From assembly GCA_025558095.1 (NCBI GenBank), contig JAIVFI010000009.1:372001-436000 (forward strand): a stretch of 64,000 bases of DNA, written 5' to 3'. Each line of letters begins with the position of its first letter. Position 1 is the first letter of the stretch. The translations under genes were made by a program, and so were the position numbers. Under the pieces are notes generated by a model, which was not told the origin of the DNA, ran no database searches, and was given only the letters and a program-made list of their open reading frames with translations. Of this stretch, positions 59,701-64,000 are shown one piece after another. Origin of the DNA: Hyaloraphidium curvatum SAG 235-1. Lineage: Eukaryota; Fungi; Monoblepharomycota.

Positions 59701-62700
59701 GTCATGACCCCGTACACAACGTACCCGTACCTGCTTGGCATGCTGATTTCGATCCTCAAGGCCGAGCAGTTGCCAGGTATTCGGAAACAAACGGTCAAGC
59801 TGCTAGGCATTCTCGGTGCCTTGGACCCTTGTGGGTTTAATGGTCCGCCGCAATGTTGGTTGCTGATGCTGTCCCTGCAGACAAGCACAGCCAGCTGACA
59901 CAAAGCGGGGTCACCGACGTCACCCTGGCGCTCGGGAATGAGCAAACGCTCACAGACATTCCGCTGTCAATGAGCCCGACTTCGGACGAGTACTACCCGA
60001 CAGTTGCCATCTCGGCGCTGATGAAGATTCTCAGGGACCCTTCCCTGAGCATGCATCACACCGCCGTCATGCAGGCCATCATGTACATCTTCAAGACCCT
60101 GGGCCTTAAAGGTGTGCCATTCCTGCCTCAGGTTGGTTGCAATCAGACGTCGCAGAAACTTGCCGTGCACGCCTGATGATCGCGGCACAGATCATGCCGC
60201 ACTTCTTTGCGATGATGAGAACCTGTCCAATCTCAATCCTGGAATTCCACTTCCAGCAGCTGGGCGTGCTCGTTTCTATCGTGAAGCAGCACATCCGCAA
60301 CTGGCTGCCGGATGTTTTCCAGCTGATCCACGACTTCTGGAACGTGAACGCGTCTATCCAGATCACGATCGTCGCCCTCGTCGAGTCTATTGCACTGGCT
60401 ATGGACGGAGAGTTCCGGGCGTACATCCCCAACCTTCTGCCACAGCTCCTGCAAATCTTTGACACCGATGCAACTACTCGGAAGCAACCGACTGCACGTG
60501 TCCTGCAGGCCATGATTGTCTTGGGACGCAACCTGGAGGACTCTCTCCATCTCGTGCTGCCTTCGATCGTGCGCGTGATTGAGAACCGGGATATGCCTCC
60601 TGATGTGCAAAGGACAGCGGCACTAGCATTGGGTCAGCTGTGCCGCAAGGTCAATATGGCGGAACATGCTGCTCGAGTGATCCACCCGTTGGTTCGCGCC
60701 CTGTCTTCGAACGACGATGCGATGCGCACCGCGGTGATGGAGGCCCTTACGAACCTGGGGTACCAAATGGCGTCGGACTTTATCGTGTTTGCGAAGCTTA
60801 TCACAAAGGTGCGTTCTTTGATGAGACCTTGCAAGAGTTGGCTGATCAACCCCTGGGTCGCAAGGAAATGGAGGATCACGACGTCAAGTACCCCAAGTTC
60901 GAGAAGTTGGTGGACCAGCTGAAAAGGGGAGAACCCTTGAGCCGTGACATATTTGCCGATCCGAGGTCTTTGCAGTCGGTTTACATGGCAGAAATGAGTT
61001 CTGATTTCGATTCCCTCCAGGGATGCACCGTTGGATGACAGCCCTTCTGCCGAAACGGCAGCGAAGAAGCTGCCGGTGAACCAACAGAGCTTGAAGCGCG
61101 CATGGGAGGCATCCCAACGCTCGACGAAGGAGGACTGGTTGGAATGGATCCGGCGGCTAAGCGTCGAGCTGCTGAAGGAATCGCCATCCCATTCGCTCCG
61201 CTCGTGCGCCAGCTTGGCCTCCGCGTACCAACCGCTGGCTCGCGAGCTTTTCAACGCTGCCTTCGTCTCTTGTTGGGGGGAACTGTACGACTCCTACCAG
61301 GACGAGTTCGTCCAGGCCATCAAGACGGCTATCACCTTTCCGAACATACCGCCCGAGATCGTGCAGACCTTGCTCAACCTCGCTGAGTTCATGGAGCACG
61401 ATGATCGGCCTCTCCCGATCGAGATCAGCACCCTGGGGGCATACGCGGCAAAGTGCCACGCGTACGCCAAGGCGTTGCACTACAAGGAGATGGAGTTCAT
61501 GACGCAACCCATCACGGACACCATCGAGGCACTCATCAGCGTCAACAATCAAGTCGAACAGCCCGATTCGGCGGTTGGCATCTTGAGATACGCGCAGCAG
61601 ACGCACAACGTGGAGCTGAAGGAGTCCTGGTACGAGAAGCTCAATCGTTGGGACGACGCCTTGGTGGCATATGAGAAGAAGCAGGCGGAGGATCCGAACT
61701 CTGTGGAAGCTATGTTAGGAAGGATGCGGTGCCACCACGCGCTGGGGGAGTGGGAGAGCCTCTCGGTCTTGGCGCAGGAACGCTGGTCTATGGCCAAGGA
61801 GGACGTCAAGCGAAGCATCGCTCCAATGGCGGCGGCCGCAGCCTGGGGTCTTGGACAATGGGAGCTGATGGACGACTACATGGTGGCGATGAAGCCGGAT
61901 TCCCCAGACGGCGCCTTCTTTCGCGCCATCCTCTGCCTCCATCGAAACCTCTACGGCCAGGCGGAGCAGCACATCAGCTACACCCGAGAAATGCTGGATA
62001 CGGAGCTCACCGCGCTCTTGGGCGAAAGCTTCAATCGCGCGTACAAGTGGGTTGCTTCTTTTCCTTCTGAGGAGACGTCATGTTGTAATGATCTTCCCGT
62101 TTGCAGCGTGGTGGTCCGCATTCAAATGCTCGCCGAGTTGGAAGAAATCATACTGTACAAGCAGATCTATGACCAGCCGGAAAGACAAGCAGTCATCCGC
62201 CGCATGTGGACAACAAGGTGGAAGCTCTCGATCTGAACTGCTAGGAATACTCTGACGTCGGGTTGCAGGCTTAGCGGTTGCCAACGGAATGTGGACGTCT
62301 GGCAGCGCATCCTTCGGGTCCGTTCCCTCGTTATGTCGCCCAAAGACGACATGGACCCCTGGATCAAGTTCGCCAACCTCTGCCGCAAGAGCGGCAGGCT
62401 TAACCTGTGCCAGAAGACGTTGATCGGACTCATGCCTTCGGGTCTTTTGCGTGGTGAAGCTCAGGTACGTTTAAGCCGCTGCCGCTCGTACAGCCCCCAT
62501 GTGAACCGGTGCCTCCTAGGCCCTTGCCACGTGCCCCCCACGTGTTGCGTATGCGTACATCAAGTACATGTGGGCCAGCCGTGCCCGAGAGCAAGCTGTG
62601 GTCCGCATGGACGGTCTCTTGGTGCAGCTCATGGAGGCCACTGGTGCTTCGAGCACCGCCGATTCTTCTGCTTTGGACAAGACGGACCCGCCGCCGAGGC

Positions 62701-64000
62701 AGGACCTATTCCGCTTGCTGGCCAGATGCAATCTCAAGCTTGGCCAATGGCAAGCGACGTTGCTGGAGGAGCAGGATCCCGTAAGACCGAGCCCCCGCCT
62801 TAGGGTCGAACTGTTCCGATCGCGTGCCAACGGCAGGATAATGTCCCGGACGTACTAAGGTATTATCTAGCGGCAACGCACTTCGACAAAACGTGGTACA
62901 AGGCGTGGCATGCTTGGGCCCTTGCCAATTTCGAAGCGACGACTCACTATGAGCGGACCAATGAGAGTGTGCCGTCTCGCACCCTACTTGGCCACGTTGT
63001 GCCCGCTGTTCAAGGCGAGTGATCTTGAGATGGCACCTCTCATTTTCGCTCAGTGTCTCTCGCAGGCTTTTTCCGCTCCATCGCTCTCTCAAAAGGCAAC
63101 TCGTTGCAGGATGCGCTCAGGCTACTCACGCTGTGGTTCAAGTACGGGTTCCAACAGGAGGTCAACAACGCGGTCGCCGAAGGTTTTGAGGGCGTAACGA
63201 TCGATACTTGGCTTCAAGTCATTCCCCAGGTGAGCGACTCGTTACACTTTCTGAATCACGGCGTGTTCTCACACACCCGTCATTCAGCTCATTGCTCGAA
63301 TCCACACCCAAAGTCCGCACGTGCGGCGGTTGATTCACCAGTTGCTGAGCGACATCGGGAGGGAACATCCACAAGCCCTGATCTATCCTCTGACGGTTGC
63401 TTCGAAGTCAGTAAACCTGGCCAGAAAGAAAGCCGCTCTGTCCATAATGGACAAGATGCGAACGCACAGCGCCACGCTCGTCGATCAGGTGGGCTCGCCA
63501 CTTGTGCACCTCCGTATGCGAGCTAATCGCGCGACCAGGCTCTTCTTGTAAGCCAGGAGCTCATTCGCGTCGCCATATTGTGGCACGAGATGTGGCACGA
63601 GGGTCTCGAAGAAGCATCACGGCTCTACTTTGGCGACCACAATGTGGAGGGCATGTTTGCAACTCTTGAGCCTCTGCATCAGATGCTCGACAGGGGCCCG
63701 GAGACTTTACGGGAGGTGTCTTTCAACCAGGCGTTTGGCAGGGACCTGGCAGAGGCGTTGGACTGGTGCAAGAAGTACAAGCGCACCCAGAATGTCACGG
63801 ACTTGAATCAGGCTTGGGATCTCTACTACCACGTGCGGCACGTGTGCCGCATAGGCGTCGTACAAGCGTGGCTGACGTCATCCTTCTTACTGCCACAGGT
63901 CTTCCGACGTATAAACAAGCAGCTCCCTCAGCTCACAACGCTGGAGCTCCAATACGTGTCCCCGAAGTTGCTGGCTGCCAACGAGCTCGAGCTCGCAGTG
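56777..64000 (+). CDS. TOR: Target of rapamycin kinase (HEAT, FAT, FRB; 3' end beyond the window)
   Basis: [63 protein letters not shown] and [29 protein letters not shown]. Confidence 0.97.

Noticed and set aside
63550-63832. TOR FRB domain variation (rapamycin resistance)
   Set aside because: The key Ser in [10 protein letters not shown] and DLNQAWDLY are canonical; nothing unusual.

Overview
Gene-dense, GC-rich (visually ~60-65%) eukaryotic DNA with many short (~45-60 nt) spliceosomal introns, so the six-frame ORF track splits most genes into pieces. I reconstructed about 34 protein-coding genes by eye. Most are housekeeping genes: PET127, eL28, HAD phosphatase, RIM2, CAF1, eIF2B-beta, ArfGAP, eL20, MDH, SEC13, frataxin, bL9m, USP, RER1, CCDC12/Cwf18, ADE4, TPI, RBM26/27, PAN3, NIPA, GDT1, importin-beta, kanadaptin, SPF45, AIF, RRP4, ISWI, ADE1 and a partial TOR. 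Fungal-type genes (PET127, RIM2) sit beside motile-cilium genes (CFAP45, DNAI1) and animal-like retentions (AIFM1-type, USP37-type), which points to an early-diverging zoosporic fungus; this is inference. I recognised no mobile element, CRISPR, tRNA or rRNA, and no clearly novel multi-gene system. The most striking signals are architectural: (i) three convergent gene pairs separated by 61, 62 and 62 bp, each with a palindromic TGTACA that could be a bidirectional 3'-end signal; (ii) three convergent pairs whose stop codons are only 3-5 bp apart; (iii) a ~420-bp tandem duplication of the USP/RER1 3' junction with reciprocal decay; (iv) at least five GC-AG introns. Gene boundaries were hand-derived and may be off by a few bases or an exon.
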